The translations under genes and the position numbers were made by a program. Of a stretch of DNA of 64,000 bases, positions 17,637 through 26,877 are shown one piece after another. The notes under the pieces are model-generated. The model was not told the origin of the DNA. It did no database searches and saw only the letters and a list, made by a program, of their open reading frames with translations. The DNA comes from Candidatus Igneacidithiobacillus taupoensis. Lineage in GTDB: Bacteria; Pseudomonadota; Gammaproteobacteria; Acidithiobacillales; Acidithiobacillaceae. The stretch lies in contig JAEPKX010000002.1 of assembly GCA_021375695.1 (NCBI GenBank), positions 30,794-94,793 on the forward strand, written 5' to 3'. Position 1 is the first letter of the stretch. Each line of letters begins with the position of its first letter.

Positions 17637-18418
17637 GGTCTGGAAGTCTCTTTGGGGCCAAAGCGGACGGCCAGGGGTCCGGCCAGGACAACACTACTGG
17701 CGACACTGATACTGACGGCTGCGGTGAGCATCAGCATGACCACCAATTGCATGGAAACGGCTTCAAGGGGAGGCATTCCGGCCAGAATCATGCCGGCAGT
17801 GATTCCCGGGATGTGGATCATCCCCACACTTTTGAGGCTATCCATGGTGGGAATCAGCGAACTGCGTACGATCTCACGATACAATTGACCAACCGCCATC
17901 CGTTCGCTCGCCCCCAAAGCAAGCATGGCCAGCAGGAGGTCTTCGTGCTGATCGATCTCGCTGCGCAGCCGGTTGAGGGCCAGCGAGACGGCATTCATGG
18001 CATTGCCAATGATCATCCCACCAATGGGAACCAGGGATTGTCCTTGCAGGCTTGCAAGACCCGATAGCAGCATCCAAGCCAGGGTAGCACTGGTAGCAAG
18101 AAGAATACTGGCGGTCCCGATCCAGTAGGCATGGGGAATACCTGCTCCGCGCTGGCGATTGAAAAATCCCGCAGTGAGGATCATGAGGAACAGAAAAAAA
18201 ACCAGTAAGGGCGGTGAATTTTGCCGAAAGAGCCAACCGAGAAGAAAGCCCATCAGGGCCAATTGCACCGTTGCCCGCAGTGACGACCACCAAAGTTCGC
18301 CGGAAATGCCAAGCCGTTGCCAGCTGGAAAGAGCCCAGGCACTCCCCAGCAGACCCAGAACCCCTGCCAGCGCCCAGGGAGATACATGGCTAAATAAATG
18401 GGTAGCGGCGGTGGTCAT
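17633..18418 (-). CDS. FetB/YbbM-like (UPF0014) ABC-type permease
   Basis: 261 aa with about 7 TM segments. Length and composition fit the YbbM family. Stop overlaps the rnt start. No ATPase gene adjacent. Confidence 0.6.
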   Translation of the reverse strand: MTTAATHLFSHVSPWALAGVLGLLGSAWALSSWQRLGISGELWWSSLRATVQLALMGFLLGWLFRQNSPPLLVFFLFLMILTAGFFNRQRGAGIPHAYWIGTASILLATSATLAWMLLSGLASLQGQSLVPIGGMIIGNAMNAVSLALNRLRSEIDQHEDLLLAMLALGASERMAVGQLYREIVRSSLIPTMDSLKSVGMIHIPGITAGMILAGMPPLEAVSMQLVVMLMLTAAVSISVASSVVLAGPLAVRFGPKETSRP

Positions 18419-18494
18419 GGAGGTAGCGAGGATGATGGAGGGAGAATGAGTATAGCAAGAATTCTGTCCTGGAAGGGGAAGGCTAGACAGAAAC

Positions 18495-19130
18495 TCAGGG
18501 AAGAGAACCGGTAAAATGGGAGCAACCCCAGTCCAAGATCCCCAAGCAGGGCCCCTTGAGCCACTGCTGCAGACTTTCTAGAGTTCCCTGGGCCGGTGCC
18601 TGGGGCTGACATTGATTCCCCACCCAGCCGGCATAAGCGAGGCTCCGGGCAAGGATGGCTTCCTCTGTTAAGCGGGCATGATTGATGGCTCCCAAGCGCA
18701 GTCCAACCACCAGGAGGACTTGCCCTCCCAGATCCTTGACCCAGTCCAGGGTATCCCAATGGGGACCCAAGGGTACCAGGGCGCCACCCGCCCCCTCGAC
18801 CAGGACGATATCGCGGTCCTTAGACTGCTCCCGAACGAAGGCCGTCAGTCGCTCCCGATCCATTGCCATGCCCGCAGCCTGGGCGGCCCAGTGCGGGGCG
18901 ATGGGCGGGGCAAAAGCATAGAGGTTACATTGCGCTGGACGCAGCGGCGGGGAGCTTGCCGAACACAGGGCCTCCACATCGGCAAAAGTTCCGTCTTCCT
19001 GGCAGCCGGAGACATAGGGTTTGAGGGCTGCCACCCGCAGACCTTGGGCCGCATAGGCCCGGGCCAGGGCCGCCGTGACCCAGGTCTTGCCGATCCCGGT
19101 ATCGGTGCCGGTGACGAACAGGATACGCAA
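18495..19130 (-). CDS. bioD: Dethiobiotin synthetase BioD
   Basis: Conserved N-terminus (L)RILFVTGTDTGIGKT begins at TTG 19130, 1 nt after the bioC stop. The ORF-track start 19442 lies inside bioC. Confidence 0.9.
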   Translation of the reverse strand: MRILFVTGTDTGIGKTWVTAALARAYAAQGLRVAALKPYVSGCQEDGTFADVEALCSASSPPLRPAQCNLYAFAPPIAPHWAAQAAGMAMDRERLTAFVREQSKDRDIVLVEGAGGALVPLGPHWDTLDWVKDLGGQVLLVVGLRLGAINHARLTEEAILARSLAYAGWVGNQCQPQAPAQGTLESLQQWLKGPCLGILDWGCSHFTGSLP

Positions 19131-19131
19131 C

Positions 19132-19980
19132 TCAAGAGGCTCCCTGGCGAGGGTAAAAATGGAGCGTATGCCCGTGGCCGGGCAGGGGCGTTTCTGCACG
19201 CCAGCCATGGGCATGGATGATTTCGTAGTGGGCGGGAAGCATGCCGTTGGGACAACGAAAAATTTCGTAGGCGCTGCGTAGCCGCGCCAGGGCGCGAGGG
19301 GTAAAAAGTCCCGGTCGGGTCTGGGCGTTGGCGGCGCCAATGCCGCGCAGATCCCGCAGGAGATCATCGACGCGCTCATATTGCAGCTCATAATGTTCCA
19401 CATCCAGAACTGGGTCGGCAAACCCTGCCTGTACCAGGGCATCGCCCACGGGGTGGAGATCCAGGAAGGGATGGATATGTCTTTGCTGGTCGATCTGGGA
19501 AAAGGCAGTGCGAAGCTCCCGGAGGGTCTCGGGGCCTACGGTACTGAAGATCAAGAGCCCACCTGGACGAAGGACGCGCGCCAGCTCGGCAAGGGTGGCA
19601 GGAAGGTCATTGACCCACTGCAGGACAAGGTTGCTAAAGATCATATCGATGCTGGCCGTAGCCAGGGGCAGGGTTTCGGCGTCGGCCTGCAGGAAATAAT
19701 GCCTGTGACGCCAGGACTTGTGACGTTTGGCCTGGAGCAGCATGGGGAGGGCAAGATCCACGTCCAGGAGGCGGGCCTTGGGATAGCGTTGGCTCAAACG
19801 GCGGCTTTGCAGACCTGTACCACTGCCAAGATCAAGGATCCATTGGGGATCGATACGAAGCAGCGCCAGGCGATCACAGATTTCCTGACCCACCCGATCT
19901 TGCAGGATGGCGACTCCCTCATAGGTCCCAGCCGCCTTCCCAAAGCGTTTTTGGATGAGTGCCTTGGACAATCTAGTCAT
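19132..19980 (-). CDS. bioC: Malonyl-ACP O-methyltransferase BioC
   Basis: 282 aa. SAM motif ILDLGSGTG. Sits in the bioF-H-C-D context. Confidence 0.88.
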   Translation of the reverse strand: MTRLSKALIQKRFGKAAGTYEGVAILQDRVGQEICDRLALLRIDPQWILDLGSGTGLQSRRLSQRYPKARLLDVDLALPMLLQAKRHKSWRHRHYFLQADAETLPLATASIDMIFSNLVLQWVNDLPATLAELARVLRPGGLLIFSTVGPETLRELRTAFSQIDQQRHIHPFLDLHPVGDALVQAGFADPVLDVEHYELQYERVDDLLRDLRGIGAANAQTRPGLFTPRALARLRSAYEIFRCPNGMLPAHYEIIHAHGWRAETPLPGHGHTLHFYPRQGAS

Positions 19981-20716
19981 GGTAGAAAGTGCTGCGCAGG
20001 GCCTGGCTACAGGCCTCTGGATGGCTCAGAAAAGGCGCGTGGCCCGCTTTGAGAAGTTGCAAGCGACTCCCCGCCAGGGAGGACTGGAGTTGCCTGGCTG
20101 CCGCCGGTGGTACGATACGATCCGCCTCGCCTTGCAGAATCAATACGGGGAAGGGCAAGGGTCGAAGCTGTGGGCGCAGGTCCTTGTCCCGCAGGAGCTG
20201 CAGTCCATCCAACAGACAGCGAGGGTCTGGAAGCGGCCAGCGTTGGGCCGCAGCCAGCTGGGCGCGAGCTGCTGGGTCACCTTGGGTCTGCAGGGCAAGA
20301 AAGCGGCGGCGTACGGCACGTCCATCTGCCAGGAGCTCGTGGGCAAAGGCATCCAGGGCGCTGCTGGTCAGGGCCCACGGCCAGTCTTCTCGTTGTACAA
20401 AACAAGGGGAACTATCGATCAGTACCAGCCCCCCCAGAAGCTCCGGGAAGCGCAGGGCCAGTGCCAGGGCAAAGAGTCCCCCCAAGGACCAACCGAGGAC
20501 AACGGGCCGCGACAGGGCCTCAACCGCCCCTTGCAGGGTCAGCAGACTTTCTTCCCAATCCAGGCCCTGGGGTGGGCAGGGCTTGCCACCATGTCCGGGA
20601 AGATCCCAGCTTTGGCAACGAAAATCCCCCGCCAATGCATTGATCCAGGGAGAAAAGATCCGACTTTCCATGGCCCAGCCATGAAGGAGAAAGAGGGTTG
20701 GCCTGGCCGTACTCAT
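19973..20716 (-). CDS. bioH: Pimeloyl-ACP methyl ester esterase BioH
   Basis: ATG 20716 overlaps the bioF stop (ATGA). LFLLHGW, nucleophile elbow GWSLGG and C-terminal HAPFLSHP. Confidence 0.85.
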   Translation of the reverse strand: MSTARPTLFLLHGWAMESRIFSPWINALAGDFRCQSWDLPGHGGKPCPPQGLDWEESLLTLQGAVEALSRPVVLGWSLGGLFALALALRFPELLGGLVLIDSSPCFVQREDWPWALTSSALDAFAHELLADGRAVRRRFLALQTQGDPAARAQLAAAQRWPLPDPRCLLDGLQLLRDKDLRPQLRPLPFPVLILQGEADRIVPPAAARQLQSSLAGSRLQLLKAGHAPFLSHPEACSQALRSTFYHD

Positions 20717-21882
20717 AAGGCAAGCAGCGCCTTGCCAAGCAGTTGGAGGTCTGGAAAGCGATGGGCTGCGCTTAGACTGATTCGCAGTCGTGCGCTTCCT
20801 TCGGGAACCGTGGGGGGACGTATGGCTGGACAATAAATACCATGCTCCCGCAGGATCCTTGCGGCGGCCAGGGCGCGCTCATTGCTGCCCAGCAGCAAAC
20901 CCTGGATGGGCGTGCTGCTGGGCAACCAGTGCCCCCTGACCTTCAGGGCCTGAAGCTGTTGCCGAAGGAGGTCCAAATGTCGCCGCCTGGGGGCAGCGTC
21001 CCGAAGGATCGCCAAGGCGGCAAGACTGCAAGCGGCTTGGCTTGCGGGCAAGGCCGTATGGAAAACAAAACTGCGGGCGCGCTGGGTCAGCCATTGAATG
21101 AGTGAACGGGAACCGGCCACGAAGGCCCCATAGGAGCCAAAGGCCTTGCCCAGGGTACCCATGCGCACCGGGACAGCATCGGTGCTCAGCCCCCAGTGCT
21201 CGACGCTGCCACGCCCCGTCGCACCCAATACCCCCAGGGCATGGGCTTCGTCCAGGAGCAAGCCGGCACCCTGCTGTCGGGCCAGGGTGCACAGTTCGGG
21301 GAGCGGGGCCAGGTCGCCATCCATGCTAAAGACCCCTTCGGTGACGATCCAGGCCCGCCCCTTGCGTGGGGCCGCAAGCAATTTGGCCAGATGCTCCATG
21401 TCGTTGTGGCGATAGCGCTGGATGCGGGCACCGCTTAAGCGTGCGCCATCGATGAGGGAAGCATGGGCCAATCGATCCAGCAAGATCAGATCCTTGGGAC
21501 CCACCAGGGTCTGCAGAATACCCAGATTGGCCAAATAACCAGAGCCAAAGAGCAACACGGCCTCCACTCCCAACCAACGGGCGAGCTCTTCTGCCAGAAT
21601 ATGATGCAGATTTCTCTCCCCACCCAGAAGTGGTGCGGCCGCACTACTTGCTTCTCCCCGTTGCAGCACCCGTTGGGCAGCCAATGTCAGGGCCGGATGG
21701 TGGGAGAGTCCCAAATAGTCATTGCTGGCAAAGGAAAGCAGGGTCTTGCCCTCGGCGTCCCGAAACAAAGGACGCTGGCCAGGCAAGGGGATCAAGACTT
21801 CCAGCCGCCGCTCGCGTCCCTGGGCAGTCCAATGCGCCAGGGATTCCTGCCATAGTTCTTCCAGATTGTTGTCGTTTTCCAT
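20713..21882 (-). CDS. bioF: 8-amino-7-oxononanoate synthase BioF
   Basis: Start trimmed to ATG 21882 (AGGAG SD). PLP-lysine motif GTLGKAFGSYG and SNDYLGL motif. Confidence 0.92.
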   Translation of the reverse strand: MENDNNLEELWQESLAHWTAQGRERRLEVLIPLPGQRPLFRDAEGKTLLSFASNDYLGLSHHPALTLAAQRVLQRGEASSAAAPLLGGERNLHHILAEELARWLGVEAVLLFGSGYLANLGILQTLVGPKDLILLDRLAHASLIDGARLSGARIQRYRHNDMEHLAKLLAAPRKGRAWIVTEGVFSMDGDLAPLPELCTLARQQGAGLLLDEAHALGVLGATGRGSVEHWGLSTDAVPVRMGTLGKAFGSYGAFVAGSRSLIQWLTQRARSFVFHTALPASQAACSLAALAILRDAAPRRRHLDLLRQQLQALKVRGHWLPSSTPIQGLLLGSNERALAAARILREHGIYCPAIRPPTVPEGSARLRISLSAAHRFPDLQLLGKALLAL

Positions 21883-21938
21883 GGGCTCCTTATAGAAAGC
21901 CCCCCTTGCCCTTGTCAATGATCCCCTGGCCCTGGACA

Positions 21939-22682
21939 ATGTGGGCTATGTTATTTCCTTGGGTGCGACAGTTATCGGTAGTGGGGAACCGACCCTGGTC
22001 GCTGCAGGCTCGTCGAAGGGCTTTGCTTGGCTGGTTTTTGCCCGAACGCTGCCGATTTTGTGATGCCCCTGGAGTTGCCCTTTGTGGTGACTGTCTGCGC
22101 AATCTACCACGTCTACCCCGGGAACGCTGCAGTTGGTGCGCAAGGCCGGTAGCCGACAATGGCGACTGTCCAGTCTGCAGTGTGGAGATGCCAAGCTATG
22201 ATTATTCCTTTTGTCCTTTTGTCTACGAGTATCCCCTGACCCAAGCCATCAGCTCGTGGAAATTCCATGAGGGTCTGGATTGGACGGCAGCCCTGGCACA
22301 GGCCTGGTTGCTGGAATGGGGTGAGACCCCACCTTCCCGACCCCAGGCCTTGCTTCCCGTTCCCCTGCATCCGGCTCGATTGCGGGAGCGGGGCTACAAC
22401 CAGGCGGCGTTGCTGGCCAGGCATTGGGGTCGCGCTTATGGAATTCCAGTCCGGGACTACTTGCGGCGTCGTCGCAATACTCCCCACCAGGTGGGGGCGA
22501 GCCGTGACCAGCGCCGGGAGAATCTCTATTCTGCCTTTGCCCTGGCAAGAAAGCTGCCTGCCCATGTGGCGGTAGTGGACGATGTCTTGACCACCGGCAG
22601 TACCGCGGAGGAAATCGCTCGGGTGCTGAAGGTGCATGGGGTGGAGCGAGTGGACCTCTGGTTCCTGGCGCGGGCGCTTTGA
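21939..22682 (+). CDS. comF: ComF-family phosphoribosyltransferase-domain protein
   Basis: N-terminal Cys pairs (CRFC...CGDC, CSWC...CPVC) and PRTase motif VAVVDDVLTTGST. The ORF-track start 21630 would run into bioF, so ATG 21939 is used. Confidence 0.85.
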   Translation: MWAMLFPWVRQLSVVGNRPWSLQARRRALLGWFLPERCRFCDAPGVALCGDCLRNLPRLPRERCSWCARPVADNGDCPVCSVEMPSYDYSFCPFVYEYPLTQAISSWKFHEGLDWTAALAQAWLLEWGETPPSRPQALLPVPLHPARLRERGYNQAALLARHWGRAYGIPVRDYLRRRRNTPHQVGASRDQRRENLYSAFALARKLPAHVAVVDDVLTTGSTAEEIARVLKVHGVERVDLWFLARAL

Positions 22683-23161
22683 TGCCAGACCCCTGGCTCC
22701 ATGTGGTGCTCTATCAACCGGAAATTCCCCCCAATACCGGTAATATCATTCGCCTTTGTGCCAACACCGGGGTAGGTCTGCACCTGGTGGAGCCTTTGGG
22801 TTTTGCCTGGGACGATCGCCGACTGCGGCGTGCGGGTTTGGATTATCACGAATACGTTCGGGTGCTTCGGCATTCTTCCTGGCGTGCCTGCCGCGAAACT
22901 TTGGCGGACAGGCGGTTTTTTGCTTTCAGTACCAAGGGTCAGCCTGGGGTCTACGCCAAAACGCAATTTGGTAGGGACGATGTCTTCGTCTTCGGACCCG
23001 AAACTCGTGGTTTACCCTCCGAGATCCTGGCCGAATTTCCCCAAGGGCACCTGCTTCGGCTGCCCATGCTCCCTGGGCAGCGGAGTCTGAACCTTGCCAA
23101 TAGCTGCGCAGTGGCTGTCTACGAGGCCTGGCGACAACTGGATTTTCCAGGGGGTGTCTAG
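22682..23161 (+). CDS. trmL: tRNA (cytidine/uridine-2'-O-)-methyltransferase TrmL (SpoU family)
   Basis: LHVVLYQPEIPPNTGNIIRLCANTG and SLNLANSCAVAVYEAWRQ motifs. The ATG shares its A with the comF stop. Confidence 0.9.
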   Translation: MPDPWLHVVLYQPEIPPNTGNIIRLCANTGVGLHLVEPLGFAWDDRRLRRAGLDYHEYVRVLRHSSWRACRETLADRRFFAFSTKGQPGVYAKTQFGRDDVFVFGPETRGLPSEILAEFPQGHLLRLPMLPGQRSLNLANSCAVAVYEAWRQLDFPGGV

Positions 23162-23165
23162 GGGA

Positions 23166-23205
23166 GTGTCATCAAAGTGACATAAAAGATTCATTAAAGT
23201 GTCAC
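23166..23205 (+). promoter_or_regulatory. Two tandem Pho boxes (four 7-nt direct repeats on an 11-bp register), with -10 TAAAAT at 23216..23221
   Basis: GTGTCAT-caaa-GTGACAT-aaaa-GATTCAT-taaa-GTGTCAC, compared with the PhoB consensus CTGTCAT-A(A/T)A(T/A)-CTGTCA(C/T). The last repeat ends 10 nt before the -10, the usual Pho-promoter geometry. Confidence 0.75.
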
Positions 23206-23258
23206 AATCCAGTGCTAAAATAATTTTGCAGAACCAATAGCCGCAACAGGAGTTTCTC

Positions 23259-24662
23259 ATGAACACCGCAAGCAGTCATATTGAAGACAGTGACATTGCG
23301 GCGGCCCTCAATGCCGCGCGCTTCAGTCCTTTCCATCTCAAGGCCATGTGGGCCTCTTCCATGGGTTTTTTTACCTCTGCCTATGATCTGTTCATTATCG
23401 GTACGGCGCTAGTCCTTATCAAGGATCAATGGCATTTGAGTGCCGATGAAGTAGGCCTGGTCGGTTCCATCTCACTCATCGCCACCTTTGTTGGTGCCTA
23501 TCTTTTTGGCTTTATGGCAGACAAGTTCGGCCGCAAGAAGATTTATGGACTGGAAGCCCTCCTCATGACCATTGGTGCCTTGCTCTCTGCCGTGGCTCCC
23601 AACGTCAGCATTTTGATTGTAGCCCGTGTCATCCTGGGCTTAGGGATTGGTGGCGACTACCCCATGTCTGCCGTCCTCATGTCCGAGTATGCCAATTCTA
23701 AGTCTCGTGGCCGAATGGTGTCCCTGGTCTTTTCGGCCCAAGCCATTGGTCTGGTCATGGGCCCGGTGGTGGCGTTGACGCTCTTGGCTGCTGGTATGAA
23801 TCACGATCTGGCTTGGCGCTTGATGTTGGGACTGGGGGCGTTACCGGCCATGGCAGTGATCTATATTCGCCGCACCTTGCCAGAGTCCCCCCGCTGGTTG
23901 GCCCGGGTCAAGGGCGATAGTCAGGGTGCTGCTCGGGAGCTGGCGTCCTTTAGTCTGGGCACCGCGGTAGCTACCAAACCCGAATCCAAGATCGTCAAAC
24001 AGCCCCTTTCCAAATATTGGTTGACTTTGCTAGGAACCGCGGGAAGCTGGTTTGTATTTGACTACGCTTACTATGGAAATACCATTTCCACCCCCATGGT
24101 GATGCAGCACCTGGCACCCCACTCGGATGTCATTCAAAGTACGGCGCTAAGCCTCATTGTCTTTGCCGTTGCCGCGGTTCCGGGCTACTTTTTGGCGGCG
24201 TTCACCATTGATCGGGTGGGACACAAGACCTTACAGATGCTGGGTTTTGCCATGATGGGTCTGATGTTCCTGCTGATTGGGGCTTTCCCCATGATCACCG
24301 CTAGTATCGGTGTCTTTCTGGTCATTTATGGATTGTCCTATTTCTTTGCAGAATATGGGCCCAACACGACTACTTTCGTTATTGCTGGCGAGGTGTATCC
24401 CGTGAATCTGCGGACCACCGGCCATGGAATTTCGGCTGGGACCGCCAAGGTTGGGGCCTTTCTCGGCGCTTTTATATTTCCGGTCTTGCTCCATGATTTT
24501 GGTCTGCATGGTACCTTGATGATCACCTTTTTCTTTGCCCTGGCAGGGTTGTTGCTGACCCTTTTCTTTGTTCCTGAGGCCAGTGGCAAGACTTTGGAAG
24601 AAGTCAGCGGTGAAGACAAGGTAACGGCCATGCCGCACGGCCAGGCTCCAGCACATAGCTGA
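23259..24662 (+). CDS. MFS inorganic phosphate:H+ symporter, Pho84/PHS-type
   Basis: 467 aa, 12-TM layout. GRKKIYG loop and LGLGIGGDYPMSAVLMSEYANSKSRGRM closely resemble the Pho84 signature GIGIGGDYPLSS...E(F/Y)A..K.RG. Confidence 0.8.
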   Translation: MNTASSHIEDSDIAAALNAARFSPFHLKAMWASSMGFFTSAYDLFIIGTALVLIKDQWHLSADEVGLVGSISLIATFVGAYLFGFMADKFGRKKIYGLEALLMTIGALLSAVAPNVSILIVARVILGLGIGGDYPMSAVLMSEYANSKSRGRMVSLVFSAQAIGLVMGPVVALTLLAAGMNHDLAWRLMLGLGALPAMAVIYIRRTLPESPRWLARVKGDSQGAARELASFSLGTAVATKPESKIVKQPLSKYWLTLLGTAGSWFVFDYAYYGNTISTPMVMQHLAPHSDVIQSTALSLIVFAVAAVPGYFLAAFTIDRVGHKTLQMLGFAMMGLMFLLIGAFPMITASIGVFLVIYGLSYFFAEYGPNTTTFVIAGEVYPVNLRTTGHGISAGTAKVGAFLGAFIFPVLLHDFGLHGTLMITFFFALAGLLLTLFFVPEASGKTLEEVSGEDKVTAMPHGQAPAHS

Positions 24663-24685
24663 GTTTTCGTTTTTTTGCTGTGCAA

Positions 24686-24710
24686 AGACCCGCCAATGGT
24701 GGGTCTTTTT
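24686..24710 (+). terminator. Rho-independent terminator after the phosphate transporter
   Basis: AGACCCGCC-aat-GGTGGGTCT stem followed by a TTTT run. Confidence 0.75.
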
Positions 24711-24762
24711 GTTCTCCCGACCGATCGGTTAGTCTGGTAATCTAAAGCCCACAGGAGGTGCC

Positions 24763-26877
24763 ATGGGTACTTTGCGAATCCCCGTATTGCGCCTGGACGG
24801 AGTGGACGAGGAGCAAAAGCGCTCGGAAATCCGCCGGGTTTTTCAACAGACTTTCTCCCTCTACGAAGAACTCTTCGAGCATTTGGCAACGGCTGAGGCC
24901 TGGTATCAAAAGGCCATTCCCCTACGTCATCCCCTTATCTTTTATTTTGGGCACACCGCTACCTTTTATACCAATAAATTTCTGGTTGCCGGTTTGATCC
25001 ATGATCGCATCGACCCGCACCTGGAGTCTATTTTTGCCGTGGGTGTCGATGAGATGTCCTGGGACGATCTGGACGAGAGCCATTATGACTGGCCCAGTGT
25101 GGAGAGTGTCCAAGCCTATCGCGCCCAGGTACGGGAGATGGTGGATGAGGTCATTCAAAATTTGCCCCTGACCCTCCCCATTGGCTGGGATTCCCCTTGG
25201 TGGGCCGTACTCATGGGGATCGAGCACGAAAATATCCACCTGGAAACGAGTTCGGTTCTCATCCGCCAACTCCCCATGGCCTGGGTACGCCCTGTGCCGA
25301 GCTTTGCCCCAGAGCCTGTTGACTCCCATGGGACCCCGGTGAATGTCCTGGTTCCCATTCCAGGGGGGCATGTTCGCCTGGGCAAGGAGGAAAACGACCC
25401 CCGTTATGGTTGGGACAATGAATACGGCTACCATGAAGCCCAGCTCAAGGACTTTGCTGCAGCCCGCTATCTAGTCAGTAACGGGGAGTTTTTGCCCTTT
25501 GTAGAGGCCGGTGGGTACAGGGAGTCTCGCTGGTGGACCGAGGAGGGAGATGCCTGGCGCCGGTATGCCAAAGTGCAGTATCCCACCTTCTGGCGGGAGC
25601 AGAACGGGGGCTGGTTCTTGCGCCTTCTGGCCGAAGAACGGTCCATGCCCTGGTCCTGGCCGGTAGAGGTCAATGTGCATGAGGCCCAGGCCTTTTGTGC
25701 CTGGAAATCGGCACAACTGGGGCAGAATCTGCGCCTGCCCAGCGAGGACGAATGGCGTTATCTGCTCCATCGGAGTGGGCTCCCAGCCAGTGATGCCTGG
25801 CAGGACCCGGTTCCGGCCCAGATTGGGCTGGCCTATGGTGTCTCCCCCTGCCCGGTGGATCGGTTCCCGCAGGGAGATTGTTACGACCTCATGGGCAACG
25901 TCTGGGAGTGGACCGCCACACCCATCTATCCCTTTGCCGGTTTTCGCGTCCACCCCATTTATGATGACTTTACGGTCCCCACCTTTGACCAGCAGCACAA
26001 TCTCCTCAAGGGTGGCTCCTTCATCAGTCTTGGCAATGAAACCCAGGCTGAGGCCCGTTATGCCTTTCGACGCCATTTTTTCCAGCATGCAGGATTTCGC
26101 TATGTGAAATCCGAAAATCCCCTCCCCGAGGTGCCGGTCTACGAGTCGGATACCCAGGTTTCCCAATATTGCCATTTTCATTTTGGCACCGAGCGCTACT
26201 TTGGGGTTGATAATTATCCCAAGGCCATGGCTGACCTTTGCCTTGCCCTCTCTCAGGACCGGTCCAGAAAACGGGCATTGGACATTGGTTGTGCCGTGGG
26301 CCGCAGCAGTTTTGAGCTAGCGCGGGGCTTTAGCGAGGTCATCGGTATCGACTTCTCCACTCGCTTCATTCAGATCGCGGTGTTACTGCAACAGCGCGGG
26401 CGTCTGCCCTATGCCATTTATGATGAAGGGGAGCTGCAAAGCTATCATTGGGCTGACCTGGACCGCCTGGGGCTGAAGGATGTTGCCCAACGGGTGCAGT
26501 TTTTTCAGGGTGACGCCGCCAATCTCAAGCCCATATACCGGGATTTTGACCTGGTGCTCGCCGCCAATCTCATAGATCGGCTGCGGGAGCCGGCGCGTTT
26601 TTTACAGGAAATGGCCCAGCGCATTCTGCCTGGAGGCCTCCTGGTGCTAAGCTCCCCCTATACTTGGCTCGAAGAGTTCACTCCCAAGGAAAACTGGTTG
26701 GGAGGAGTCCGTCGTGATGGCGAAAACCGCACGACGCTTGCGGGTATTCGTGCCGTCCTCGAGCCCAGGTTTCGACTGCTGGAAGGATTCCCCCTGGATC
26801 TCCCCTTTGTGATTCGGGAGACCCGGAGAAAATTCCAGCATAGTCTGGCCGAGGTCAGTGTTTGGGAACGTTGCTGA
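24763..26877 (+). CDS. ovoA: 5-histidylcysteine sulfoxide synthase / methyltransferase OvoA (ovothiol biosynthesis)
   Basis: 704 aa, three-domain layout: DinB-like (HPLIFYFGHTATFY; iron motif HENIHLE), FGE-sulfatase-like (GNVWEWT) and C-terminal SAM methyltransferase (ALDIGCAVGRSS). Confidence 0.88.
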   Translation: MGTLRIPVLRLDGVDEEQKRSEIRRVFQQTFSLYEELFEHLATAEAWYQKAIPLRHPLIFYFGHTATFYTNKFLVAGLIHDRIDPHLESIFAVGVDEMSWDDLDESHYDWPSVESVQAYRAQVREMVDEVIQNLPLTLPIGWDSPWWAVLMGIEHENIHLETSSVLIRQLPMAWVRPVPSFAPEPVDSHGTPVNVLVPIPGGHVRLGKEENDPRYGWDNEYGYHEAQLKDFAAARYLVSNGEFLPFVEAGGYRESRWWTEEGDAWRRYAKVQYPTFWREQNGGWFLRLLAEERSMPWSWPVEVNVHEAQAFCAWKSAQLGQNLRLPSEDEWRYLLHRSGLPASDAWQDPVPAQIGLAYGVSPCPVDRFPQGDCYDLMGNVWEWTATPIYPFAGFRVHPIYDDFTVPTFDQQHNLLKGGSFISLGNETQAEARYAFRRHFFQHAGFRYVKSENPLPEVPVYESDTQVSQYCHFHFGTERYFGVDNYPKAMADLCLALSQDRSRKRALDIGCAVGRSSFELARGFSEVIGIDFSTRFIQIAVLLQQRGRLPYAIYDEGELQSYHWADLDRLGLKDVAQRVQFFQGDAANLKPIYRDFDLVLAANLIDRLREPARFLQEMAQRILPGGLLVLSSPYTWLEEFTPKENWLGGVRRDGENRTTLAGIRAVLEPRFRLLEGFPLDLPFVIRETRRKFQHSLAEVSVWERC

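Noticed and set aside
21912-21939. Possible BirA operator TTGTCAA-N14-TGGACAA in the 56-nt bioF/comF divergent spacer.
   Set aside because: It is only an imperfect 7-nt inverted repeat, and its spacing is shorter than the TGTnAAC-N14-16-GTTnACA type bioO sites I know. No matching site lies upstream of bioB, and I cannot tell whether this genome's BirA has a DNA-binding domain.
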